A DNA stretch of 63,817 nucleotides, the filler included, from Choristocarpus tenellus KU-1152 (Eukaryota; Protista; Phaeophyceae), in the NCBI GenBank assembly GCA_964200185.2. It is 7 parts of 7 records of this genome, joined end to end, with 100 filler letters (N's around TTAATTAATTAA, not from the genome) between each part and the next. Parts side by side here need not be neighbours in the genome. Positions count along the whole stretch, not along the records: positions 24,456 to 52,846 come from CAXNAD020000124.1; 6 more parts are not named here. One strand, given 5' to 3'. The position numbers and the translations under genes were made by a program. Of the stretch, positions 35,560 through 47,836 are shown piece after piece. The first letter of the stretch is position 1. Each line of letters begins with the position of its first letter. The notes under the pieces were generated by a model. It did not search any database, was not told where the DNA came from, and saw only the letters and a program-made list of their open reading frames with translations.

Positions 35560-38500
35560 ATGGGCGATCGAAAGAAGATGCCCCCCCCACCGCGTGGTCC
35601 AGTCAAGCCACGGGAGAAGTACTTTGTGAAGCCAGGATTCAGCATGTTGGTGGGTACAGGATATAAACGTCCTTCACACACACACACACACACACACACA
35701 CAATACTTCCCATTTGCCACATCCCTCGTATCAATGCGAACTGTTTCTTGAGTACAATTCCAACTTTTCCTTCAAGTCCAGCTTTAAGCCTGTGTGTAGC
35801 AATGTGCCGAACCTTGCCCCGCAGTAAAATTCATTTGGGACATTGAATTGCATGCTTAGGTGTCCTTCTCAGTGGCTTGCTTGCCACTACAAACGGGTAG
35901 GCTTGCTAGAAGATGGAAATGACTTTTAGTTCTTTGCACCAAAAATCACCGAATATTGCGACATTGGTGTCGTTGAATTCAGGACTGGAGCACACTCAAG
36001 ACAAGGACAAAAGATTTGTCTGGAAGGGGCTCGAAAGGAGTACGGGGGATCACCAAGTCGGAGGTTCGAGAGCACAGCTCAATACATGACTGTTGGACCA
36101 TCTTCAGAGGCAAGGTGCGTTGGAGGCAAGAGTGGATGTCCCTTTCTCTTAACATCAAAGTCATTCGTCTATTTGGATTTCCTTGGCATATTTTTTCTTG
36201 CAGCTCTCAACAATCCAAGCCCACACCAAAGTAGTCGGGTTTTTGTCGGTTCGTGTTTTCCCGTTCTCTCCCAGTGCTGCCATTTCCGCCAACCGTGGAG
36301 CAGGTATTGGGTGCAATTCGTACATTTGTATGCTATCTGTTGTGGAACATTCGATTATATTTGCAGTGGATGCGTATTGTTGAAAATGCCCTGGATGGGA
36401 TATGAGTTCATGTTGATACATACATGTGATACGATATGCTTTTGGCATTTCGCTCTTCTTCTCCCTCTTACTCCTCCACAACCATGACAATGACCAGACC
36501 ATACTGAGACATTTTTTTACAGGATGTGGAATAAGAAACAGTTGATTAAAGGATCATTTCCCCGATTGATTGATGCTGCTCTGTCTCATTCTCACATCTG
36601 CCCATACCGGTTGATCTTATCACCGCCTCAATGATTGTTCATTTTTCCTGTTATTGCATTTTTAGCCAACCTAGCGATTGATTGATGCTGCTCTGTCTCA
36701 TTCTCACATCTGCCCAAACCGGTTGATCTTATCACCTCCTCAATGATTGTTCATTTTTCCTGCTATTGCATTTTTAGCCAACCTAGCGATTGATTGATGC
36801 TGCTCTGTCTCATTCTCACATCTGCCCATACCGGTTGATCTTATCACTTCCTCAATGATTGTTCATTTTTCCTGCTAATGCATTTTTAGCCAACCTAGCG
36901 ATTGATTGATGCTGCTCTGTCTCATTCTCACATCTGCCCATACCGGTTGATCTTATCACCTCCTCAATGTTTTTTCATTTTTCCTGCTATTGCATTTTTA
37001 TCCAACCAACCATCAAACCAAGTACTCATTTGCACTCATCCTCCCTGACTACTTCCCTGTATGTGGTAGATTATTATGGCCCATCTATCCCACCTGTGAA
37101 CCGAATCCTATCCCTACCTTATGACCAAACTTGGTCTAGAGTCAAAAGGATGATTCAATCCAATTGGACAAGAAGCTTTGTCTTGTGCCCATTGCGTGAT
37201 TTTTTCCTAGTACGACACCCATACCACTTCCAATGTAGATTTTATTATATGGTGTGATTTTACTATATGTTGTACTCACATTCCTAGTCCAACACCCTGC
37301 CTTGTATCTATCCCCCTCCTGATGACTACAGATCCCCTTGTCTTTTATGTAAACCTTGGCGACACAACAAACAATTCCCCATATTGCTGTCTACATTTAC
37401 TCAGGAGATACTTGATTCTCTCTGTGAGAGCACAGCGCTTTAGTAGCTGCTCGAACCCTAACCCTAACCCCAATAGTATGATACTATTTCACAGAAGCTT
37501 AAAGTGATGTGCCCTGTGTATGTGTAGTCTGTATTTATATGGCGTTGCTGAGTTTTTTTAAAATCTTGCCTACCAGTTGCACTCAACCCGAGCAAAGCAA
37601 ACTGGTCAGACCCATCCTAGATCAATAATGGGGTTTCCAAACCTCTAAAGGGTGTTGTATGTTTCCATATATGCAGGGCCTTACTGCTCTACTGCATATG
37701 CTAAGGGGTTCTTGGGGTTATTCCAAAGAAGATTAATTGTGTTGATTTTTTCCTCTTCTTACTTGTATACCTGTTGTTCCTAAGCTTTCACTCAAGACAA
37801 GTGAGGAAACTTGGGAATGATAAAAGGGATTATTTTTTTTTGCGATTTTTTTAATGTTCGTATTGGCTGTTGTAATATTGTTCGCAAAGATGTGAGCGAG
37901 ATGTAACCATAATGATAAAAAATATATTTGTAGCATTGAGATTAAAATGTTACCTACTTCAAAAAGGCAACGAAACCAGGAATAGAGGGAGAACTTTAGT
38001 CTAAATTTTGTGCTGTCAGGAATGGCCTTACTTTGAGGGTGTACCTTGAACAAAATGTAACCTTTGCTTGAATGTTGTTTTTTTGTTGAAGTACAATAAC
38101 TGTTTTTATAACTGTTTTTTAAAGATGAATGGAAGAGTCTGTGCATCAGAATGGGCCAGAGTGACTCACATCCTGTCGTCTCTGTGTCAGGTGTACAACA
38201 TTACACCCTTCCTTCACTATCACCCTGGGGGGGTGGAAACGGTGATGAGAGGCGCTGGCCGAGATTGCACTGCCTTGTTCGACAAGTATCATCCCTGGGT
38301 CAGCGCAGATAGTTTAATTGGGGTAAGGGGATGAGATAGTTTAATTGGGGTACTAACCCTAACCCTATCTATACCACACGTTAGCATTGGTTGTACTGCA
38401 GCCCATGTCAGTGGATGTGCGTGTTCTACATTTGTCAAATATATGAAGTATGCAAAGTATTGTGTTGCTGTTCATTCTAGAACTCTCCTTTTTGGGGTGT

Positions 38501-39021
38501 GCACAACACTAATTCATGCACTTCATAAACACTATTTATTATACCTTTTTTGTTATGGATTAGATCCTGTGTCACACATACTCACAATATAATTATTTTT
38601 GTTGCTCTCCTCTCTTTCCCCTGGAACATGTCAGGTCTTACTGGCCCTCTTTGTAGTAGTACATCCTCTCTTTGCCATGGATAATATCATCTGAATGTGT
38701 ATAGTTCTGGAACTCTCCATGTCAAGATATATACTCTGTAGTATACCCTTCACATCTCACAGATATTGTCTGGTTTTGCTCAACCTTTTGTTCAGAGAAA
38801 ACATGTATTTCCTACCCTGCCCCCACACCTTTGTTGTTTCCCTGCCATGTCCAAATACACTTGCCATTTTTGTGTAGAATCTCATGCTTGGTCCATTGGC
38901 TTTAGATATGGAGCCCGATGCAGAGGAAGGGAAGGGAAAAGGACAGGATATCACTGTGGGGGGGGGGCTGGATTCGGGGTGGAGGAAGAAAATGGGTTTG
39001 CTGAAGGAGAAAAGTGGTTGA
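35560..39021 (+). CDS. Cytochrome b5 heme-binding domain protein (CYB5R4 N-terminal / Irc21 / RLF-like), 4 exons, ~165 aa
   Basis: Exons 35560-35649, 35983-36114, 38191-38322, 38878-39021, all phase 0 GT-AG. Protein: MGDRKK..REKYFVKPGFSMLDW..ITKSEVREHSSIHDCWTIFRGKVYNITPFLHYHPGG..AGRDCTALFDKYHPWV, with HPGG and the second axial His. Confidence 0.93.
36564..37007. repeat. Intronic minisatellite, 4 x 112 bp
   Basis: Units begin GATTGATTGATGCTGCTCTG at 36564, 36676, 36788 and 36900; nearly identical. Confidence 0.95.
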
Positions 39022-39754
39022 GAAGTGATACCGTTGATGAGCATGATGAAGGCAAGGCAGAAGACAAGAGCAAAGGATAGTGATTACAAGAATTTTGGTG
39101 TGAGTCCTGATGACAAGAATCATGGTGAAACCTTAATCGGAAGTTGGAAAATTGTTGCATAAGAACCTTTTGTGACTAGTGTTGTGAGAGTGGGAGGTGA
39201 AGAGGACTGGCCTATTCATGCTGCAATGCAATAGGTAAGATGTCGATATTTTGTCTATTTGAAATCTCCTGTAAAGTGAAAGATCACAGAAGAATACTTC
39301 TGTAGTACTACCACTAACCCTAACCCTAGTTTTTTTTTTCCTGAGAGTGAAAGAGGGAGACTAGCCCATAGTAGGTAGTGTGCTGATTATGGGATGGCGT
39401 ACAGTGTTTGAATCAGGGTCTTAGTAATACTTTTCTGCATTTGGCATGTGTTGGTGGAATGTAGAGTCTACACCATTAACTTTTAGAAAGTGCATTTGCT
39501 CTTTGAGGTGCTGTAAATATTGCGGTGTTTGGGGGCAGTGATGGTCTGTGTGTGTGTATGTGTGTATGTGTGTATGTCCAAAAATGGATATCAGCACGTG
39601 CAGAATTGGCCTACTCCTGTGTATTTTGTAACTCTAATTCAAGTCATCTTCTTGTTTCATCCCGTTGTACATGGGTGGGGCATTCAAGACGGGCTTTGAC
39701 ACTTTCAAATGTTTCTTGTGCACACTAGAATATTGACATGCATACTTGAAAGTT

Positions 39755-39830
39755 ATGACTCCAATCGCCACTCTAATATTCATTCTAATCATGACTCTAA
39801 TCACCACTCTAATAATCACTCTAATGATCT
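39755..39830. repeat. Degenerate 12-bp tandem repeat (ACTCTAATCAYY)
   Basis: About six units with a CTCTAAT core. Confidence 0.8.
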
Positions 39831-40999
39831 ACTGAGTGAAGTGTGCACCTTAGTGGAAGTAAATGACTATCGAACAAGGTGTCCCAGTTCCAAGTGGTTT
39901 GTCTATTGTCTGTTGGTTACGCCTTCCTAGTATTAGCATATACAAAATGCAGGGGAGTGAAGTTGTCATAACGAGAATATTTATGGCATCTCATTTGTCA
40001 GATTGTTGAGGTAGGTTGCCATGCTTAGGGGTCGAACACCTACTAGTCTGTGAGAAGGGCCACCACAACAGTGCACCTTAGTACTTGGACGATGAAATTG
40101 TTGGAAGAGACGTTTTGAGGCTCTGAGGCGTTAAGAATGTGCTCCCATTGCTGTGAGAGAGTATTGGACAAAGCTAGGATGATGTAGATCCGATAACTTT
40201 CCCTCATTGTACTGGGTGTGTATTTGGTGTAGTTCCCCCTCAAACAGGCTATGTCAAGAATCAGGGTGCCTTGCATCTTGCCTCATTTTTGAGATTGGTT
40301 ACTGTGCTGGTTGATCCTTTTAATGTCCAGATCCGCACCAGTTATGACAAGAGAGTGCTAGTAGCAAGACCGATGCAGGCATGTTGTATGATGAAGGGAA
40401 CAGTTCTATGGTTGTATTTCACATTGAGTTCATGAGATTCATTTTCAGTGTGGTCCTTGAATATTTCATGTAGTGCATTGTTATGTGCTCTGTGCTTCCT
40501 GATAGAGGGTACACCCTTTCATTGTTCAATATTAACCTCCGCTTCAATGACAGAGGTGACTGTCACATGGGTACTGATAATGTTGCAGCAGTTACCAATT
40601 CTGTGCAGGTTTGCTGTGTCTGTGCACTTGTCTGCTACCATACCGATAGTGAGTGGAACTGGATGCATGGCAAGTAAGCAAACCCTGTGTAGTAATGAAC
40701 CTTGGGTTGATTGACAATGCACCTACAAAATAGCTAACGGGAAGTACGCTAGACTTCTTGCCCACCCTCAACTAACTTTGTTGAGTTGTTTGTATTTCGA
40801 TGTTCCACTCCCTGGTCGTGAGTAATTTGTAGTAGGGCAACAGAAAGTAGCTTCAACACCTCAAATATGGCACTGGAATACAACTCAAGTTGAGCGGTTA
40901 CGATTTTTACTATGTATCACACTATACGGAGAAATTGCACCAAAACTGGAGCATAATGTTGGAGGTGGGTATGATAGGTGTGCCCTACAACATTTATTG

Positions 41000-41330
41000 T
41001 GAGATATTATTGGAACAAACAGGGACTTTTCAACTTCCACACCACCTTCACACAGTCGAAGGAAGTATTGGAGTACTCAGAGTACTTACTGTGATTTATC
41101 AATACACCAAGGACAGGGGATCTTACACCTACATGGACCACAAGGGGGGACGGATAGCATTGGATTGGCTACGTCCTCACTTGTCGACCTGAGTGAGACC
41201 TTGTTCAAAACGTTGGTCCATCTCACCTTGAAATTGACAAGGAGTCACACCAAGTGAGAGGTAGGCAGGGTTGCATTTTGAGGATCCTGAGAAAGGGCAA
41301 GAAAATGCCTTTTTGTACAATTGCAGGGAG
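41000..41330 (+). mobile_element. Degenerate RTE LINE APE-endonuclease remnant
   Basis: SYTY..WIGYVLTCRPE*DLVQNV resembles the APE motif IDYILTR..DR.LV.NV. Confidence 0.4.
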
Positions 41331-42399
41331 AACCTTTACTTAATAGTGGCATCACCTTGTGTGTGGAGAGGGGGAATATCTAATTTTTGCACTCTATTGT
41401 GCACATTGAAATAGAGTGTATTACACAGGGTAAGAAAGATGGCTTAGAATGCAAAAGGGTTCACATCTGCCTATCAATTGTGTTGGCTCAAGGCTAGTCA
41501 CTTGATAGATACCATGATATGAGTATGGTATTTGGAAGGTTTTGTATCACATCGTATTTCGATGTAGGAATTTGACTACAGTAATTGATACCGTACTGTA
41601 ATGTGGAAATACGTAAATACACATACTATTGTCGTCCAAGCATTTCAACAGTAATCGCCACAATGTATTGTACCGTATTGTACCATGGAATGCTAGAAAT
41701 ACTGTTAGTGGTTCTCCTACTGCTTATCCCGCTTCCACTTTCCCCCTGGAACTTCTCCAAAACAATTTGGTGCGCTATATATATGGCACAGTTCTGGATT
41801 TAGATTGAAAATAGGTACTACTGTGGTACAACTGAGTGCTCTCTTATTTATTGCTCATTCTGATAGAAGAGGAGTTGAACCATTGTATGTAATGGTACAA
41901 TACAACTCTCCTCATGTACACCCTCTCACACATGTCAGTACTGTGGCGGGACCAAAGAGAGAAAACATAAACACAAAATTCCGATATAATCTATATTGAC
42001 ATCTCTAATTACCATCGACATGAAAATATCAACTGCAATTGCTACCAATCCCCTCCCATGGGAGTGTATAGAAGTATATTGAAAATCAAAGAGAAGCTTT
42101 GTTGCATCGTCTGAAAGCGGGACTCATCTGTACAAATATTGTACCGTACTGTCCAAATCGATTATTATACTTTCGATGGTATACTTCAACATATCATTTA
42201 TTATTTTTGTGCTAAGTGGGAATATATGATTAATGGATACATAAAATATAAATGAGGTTGTGATTTTAGATGGTGACGCCAAAGAGATAGCAGATCATTG
42301 TAAATTGTCCATGTAACACAGCCATGCAAGGTCTCAAGTACTTCAGACTTGAGCGACAAGATATTTGCTCAAGTGATATACTTGTGATCCTGTCACGGG

Positions 42400-43950
42400 G
42401 CGCTGCTTGCATATACTTGTGCAAACAGCTCTAGCCCTTTGGGACCTGTTGACTGACCTTGGTGGGTGACATAAACACACTCATGGTCGTCTAAAGGTAA
42501 ACTACTTTGTCAGTCTGCACCTCTGGCCCCAAGCTCGGATCTGCACAATGTCTGCAGTCTAAATGTGGGTCATGGGACGTCGAAGGAATAACGTTTGTCT
42601 TCATCTCGGACATGGTCAGCCCAAGTCTTAAAGCCACCTTCAGTATCACAGTCATTATCCTTGTCACACTTCCCCTAGGTCTTAGACATAATTCCTGCAT
42701 GTCCGCATTGAGCATACCCCACAGGCTTTGCTCATCAAGAAACATCCCACAACCTGTTGCTTCTCGATCTCTGACCTTATTGTTTCTCACATCTCTCTTG
42801 ATGACTACAAGGTCCTTGGAGATGGCCAATAGCCAAACCAATGGAGAGGTAGGCAGGTTTGGATGCCTTTACATTCCAATCTTTCTGATCCTATACAATA
42901 CGCTCTATTTCATTTCTTTGTGTGCGCAACAGTGTACGCAAAATTGATGTCCCCCTTTTCCATATACATAGTAACACCGAAATTATGCAAAGGTTCTTTC
43001 TGCAATAGTACAAAATGGCTCTTTTTGCCCTTTTTGGGAATGTTTAATGCAACCCTACCGACCTCTCAGTTGGTTTGACTCCAAGTCAGCATAGAACCTC
43101 TTCACCCCTATGCTTAGCACTGCAGTGAAGATGCTGAAGAGACTAGGGGCAAGAACACACGATTGATGAAGGCCTCACCTGACACTGAACAGGAAATATG
43201 CTCTCCATCATTCATGTGTGTGTGTGCCCGCATTCCAAGATGGAAATGGCTGAGACCTTCTCAGGCCCTCTAAGCTTGACAAGCACAGTCCAGAGGAGAT
43301 TGAGGTCAACAGAATAACATTTTTTCTGTAGGTCAAAGAAGCACATGGACAGGGTTATCTACTTTGACTCATAGTATCCTTAGAGGTTGGCGTGGTTGAG
43401 TATAGGAGGCCTCTGCAACTGCCATCTGGTACATGCACCCCTAGCAACCTGGAGGGTGATTTCGTGCTTGGGTTGATGAAGGTTTGTCTCCTCTTATTTT
43501 GTAGCTTTACGAGCCTCCCGATGCGGGTCAACCACATTTGGCAGGGCGTGTGTCTGTCAGACTGAAGATGTCACATGCCCCTTACACCTAAAGGGTCTAA
43601 ATCGACCCCACTTTGGTACACTGTCTCTTTTTGAGACCCATACCCTGGAGGACATGCGTATACATATATGCCTATAGTAGAGCATTGGGACCAGAAACCA
43701 CCTATTCCTCATGTCTTCATGGTGTGTATGTTCTCCCATCTCAGGTATGCTGTAATAGCCTTGAGAAGCACTTTGCCAACATGTGCCACCAATCTACCAA
43801 TCCTTTTTCTTGTAGGGCACCTTCATGACCACATTCTCCCAAACTTGCGGCACCTCTTCCCCATCCCATAAAGCCAACATAATCACGTGGAAACCCTGTA
43901 GGACGTTTACTCATCAACAAGAACCTGACCATAATGGGCGGCAGTCAGAC
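42400..43950 (-). mobile_element. Degenerate RTE LINE reverse transcriptase
   Basis: Minus-strand motifs in order: GRFRPFR, RLVKLQ, LSMCFFDLQK..YSVD, CVLAPSLFSIFTAVL, LWGMLNAD, LGLTMSEMKT, QTDKVVYL; the CTTCA.CATCTTCACTGCAGTGCTAA segment is shared with 30911-30940. Confidence 0.8.
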
Positions 43951-44627
43951 GTGTTAGGTGGACTTGGAGGCTGTTGCAGTAGTTGATGTAAGTGCAGTCT
44001 ACGGTGTTGATGATTGTCGCTTGAACCTCCACCTCTTCCTGCCTTGATTACTACTATTAACCTCGGTTGGCATCTGGATGAAGCAGGGGAAGTTGGATCT
44101 TTTTCACTTCTTTCATTGAGTATTTCATGCATGTACTATTCCATATCCTTGTTTTGTATTCTTATTTTGTTTTGTTTCTCTCCTTCACAGCCTTTCGACA
44201 GGGTGTGCGACCCCTCAAAACCCCTCAAACTAATGTGAAGATGAAAATAATTAATTCGCACAGTGGAGGCCAGGTAGCATTCCTGTTAGAATGTTGTGGG
44301 AAAATGATAAACACAACATTTGAGTTTATAAGTTTCTGTGAGTCAAAGTAAAGGAGAGGTTCCCTGGCTTGAGCATTTTTAGGAATCCCCCAAATATGTC
44401 ATAAATGTTGCTTTTTCACAAATGCATACAAAACATTCTTCGAGTTACATCGAAAATTTCCAAATAATAGAGAAATCGACTCACTCAAATTGTACTCGGT
44501 ACTACAACCGTAGAAATACAAGTGACTTTTTTTGGAGGCTTGACATTTGTTTTCTTGAGAGGAGCTTCATCGTTTTTGAGACTGGACTCCAGTAACGCAC
44601 CTAGCTTATGCTAATAACTCCCATTCA

Positions 44628-44810
44628 GACCCACAGTATCTGGGGTGTGTGTGTGTGTGTCTAAACCATGGTGTCCATTTGGGCCAAAACCAGGAAAAGT
44701 GTACTTATATTATCTATCCAACGTATGCAACCAAATCACCCAAGAATCGCGATATAAAAAATTTTACCCCAAATGGATAGCAGCCACCCTCCCCCTATAT
44801 ACTTTGAACC
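44628..44810 (+). mobile_element. MITE family B, complete ~183-bp copy
   Basis: GACCCACAGTATCTGGGG..GTCCATTTGGG ... CCCCAAATGGA..CCCCCTATATACTTTGAACC; flanks TTCA/TTGA (4-bp TSD with one mismatch). Confidence 0.65.
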
Positions 44811-47800
44811 TTGAGTTTCTAATACTATGAGGGTGCTGAGTTGATATTGTACTTAGGGATTCATTTGTTGAGTCCCTACTTTTGTGGCGACTGATCTTTC
44901 GAATGGGAAAGGGCAGCGAACCATTGAGATATTCTTTAATCGTCCATCCACATCTTCCCTTAACAATGCGGATGGTGGTGGTAAGCAGAAAGAGAATGAG
45001 CATAGGTAAATATAAGGCAAAAATAGGCACTGAAGGGGCATGAATGTTGGTATTGATTTGCCCACTGGAAGAGCAATCAAGTGGCAGTGGTCAATGGCTG
45101 GTGATCCTGAAACTTGGGGAGGTAATGGCAGAATGGCGCTATGCTAGAACCACGTTTGTTGTTGCATTCGAGGAGAACGTCGGATTTCCAGTACACAAAT
45201 ATAGTTGACTTCTGTTGACATCATACGATGTGAAATGAAGGATGTCAGGTGCAAGTTGAGGCACTTTATGTGTACATTCGCTTCACGATCCCTGCACATA
45301 TTTTGAGCACCTTGTGTTGCGTGGGAGAACATCAAGCATGCTACATACATTAATGTAGTAGTATGAAGTCGTATTCCATCTACACGCTCTTCATATACTA
45401 CAGCATATATGTACCGTGTGAGAAGTACCAACATTTATATCTACCTGAGTAACATGTCATTGTTGTTGTCCTTGTATTCTCTTCCCCTGTATACTTTTGC
45501 TTCTAGTCCCCCCATGACAACATTTGCCAAATGTTGGTGGTATGAACTAAAAGTATACTTCCCTTCCATACATTTTCGTTTTGGGTTAACTTTACCATAC
45601 TGTGTGACGATTTCATTAAAGATTATTTTTTTCCACACTTGTGAGTATCCTGTGAAGTATGTTTCTTGTCATGCAATATACTAGTCCGATGGTTTTCACC
45701 TGCATGGTGGATATCATGGCTATTAGGTCTACAGAACTTTCTTCGATATCACTCCATTTAAAGAGCCATATTATACACATGTTGTATAGATTGATATTCC
45801 GGAAGAGTAGCCATGTGTAAATGAACTTTGTCAAATACTGAATATCGGGTAGCAAGAGCCCACTCTTTGATTATTTTCTGGCTTTTGTCAGGGACGGGTA
45901 GAGGTTCTACTTCGAAATATTTGTGATTTCTTTGGCATCATTGTGACCAATTCAAAGGAAGTACAAGTTATGTTGCACCCTCAGACTTTTCCCTTCAAGG
46001 CTGCTGTTTACTCTAACAATCAGCATCAATGATAAGATGATCCAGTGGTGGATCAACATGGACAGTATGGTGGGGCTGACAGTCAAGACTTGGAGTCTTC
46101 TTCTGACTACTCATCACTGGTTCTGTGGGGTCATTCCATGTAATCGAATATCTTCTTGTTCTATTCTGGTTGACTCTGATTTTATTTTTCTTGATATGGA
46201 GCTCAAGATTGCCCAGGTATCTCATTTCTATTCTCCAGGATATACCTCTTCCGGTGATTTCCATCGCCCCCTCTCAAACAGAACACGACAATTCTCACAT
46301 AGGTACTCATGCTGATCTGTCACAGGGGGTTACCCGTAAGAGATGGTAGGATGATGCCAAAAAGGCAGAGAAGGAAGCTGTGCAACCATCACAAAAGGTT
46401 GGCTCCAAGCATGTAAGACCTCCGGAAGGAACATATCATCCCTACCTCATCTCTCATCTACATCCTAAGTGTGGCAAAAGGACACCCCTGGCAGTTTACT
46501 CAACCAAGAAGGATGGCAGTGAAGAAGCTGGTGGACAGTCCTTCTTGCACCCTGGACCATGAGTTCTTAAATATCACGAGTCTCACTGAGGGTTAGGGTT
46601 AGAAGAATAAAAACACTCGACCGCTGCTTACTGTACTCTGGAGTAGAAAATAAAGTTAATATATCAACCATGGACAGGGGCAAGATGCCAACCCTTTGTA
46701 CTCAATGGATCTGTGCCCACCATGGATGCCAAACAGGGATCAAATGGCTGTAATATTTGGTCCCTTCAACTTAAATAATAACAGCACTAATATATGGTTG
46801 GTTGCACCATGTACCATCTAATGTACCATCTACATACCCTAGTCATTTATGTATCAATCGTCGCATACTATGTATTACTGTCAGTAGTGATCTTATGCTA
46901 TACACAAATCCCAACACACATGAGACACTGACTCCAGGATTATTCTCTGTTATATTACTGTTGTTCCTGTTCCTTGAATCTCCAAAACACATCAACTTCC
47001 ACAATTTGTATACTTCCTAGAGTAACATGTACAACACATCATACACATATTTCAACAGACTGAGGTGACAGGAAGGCTATCATACCCAGCAAAACTCTAC
47101 AACATAAGAAGCACTGTCTCAAGGAAGGAGTGGATTCAGTATCACCAAAGAGAGGGCTGCTTTTGTAGTGCATTTACTTGTGTGTAGTGCTTCTTTGAAC
47201 ATGAACACTGCCAAGCACGACTCCTGGTCCTTCTACATATAGCACAAAGATAAGTATTGTGCATGTTTGGTGAACAGGGATGGCACCAAGCATTGATGGA
47301 AACGGACATACCCCTGAGGACTACCCAACCTTCAAAGAGGTCCATCGCCACTGTATTGGACCTTTGCTGCTTTATCACCTTACCTTCACCTTCACCTTCA
47401 CCAACACAATGCTTGGGGGCGAGCATAAGCAGACAACACCATCCACAGGCCAAACAAGATGTGTGGCACAAATGCCTAGACACAGAACTCACCAATCACC
47501 AGGCACATGAAAGAGCCTGCAAAGAATACTTGTTCACATGTAGCAAATTTCTATCAGTCCATCAAACCGACCAGATTATTCACCATCACCTCCAACCCTG
47601 CAGCAGAACCCACAGCACCCGTCTGTCAGAAATCACCAATGATCTTTCCCACTCATCAACACCGATGGTCTGATGACATAGGAAGGAAAATCGAGGTCAA
47701 TACGTACCATTTCAACAAACATTTCAGGCATCAATGGCAACATACACATATACCAGGTAGTCAACAGTAAGTGCATGAAGTACTACTATAGTAGACCATT

Positions 47801-47836
47801 ACATACTTTTCATTGTTCCCTGGTTGAGTAACAAGT

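Noticed and set aside
36564-37007. CRISPR-like array
   Set aside because: Whole 112-bp units repeat with no unique spacers; it lies in a eukaryotic intron with no cas genes.
44820-46560. Possible decayed transposase or viral gene
   Set aside because: Fragmentary frames without a diagnostic motif.
47142-47770. 138-aa ORF or LINE remnant downstream of the Tom70-like gene
   Set aside because: No recognisable motif; could be 3' UTR or a very old repeat.
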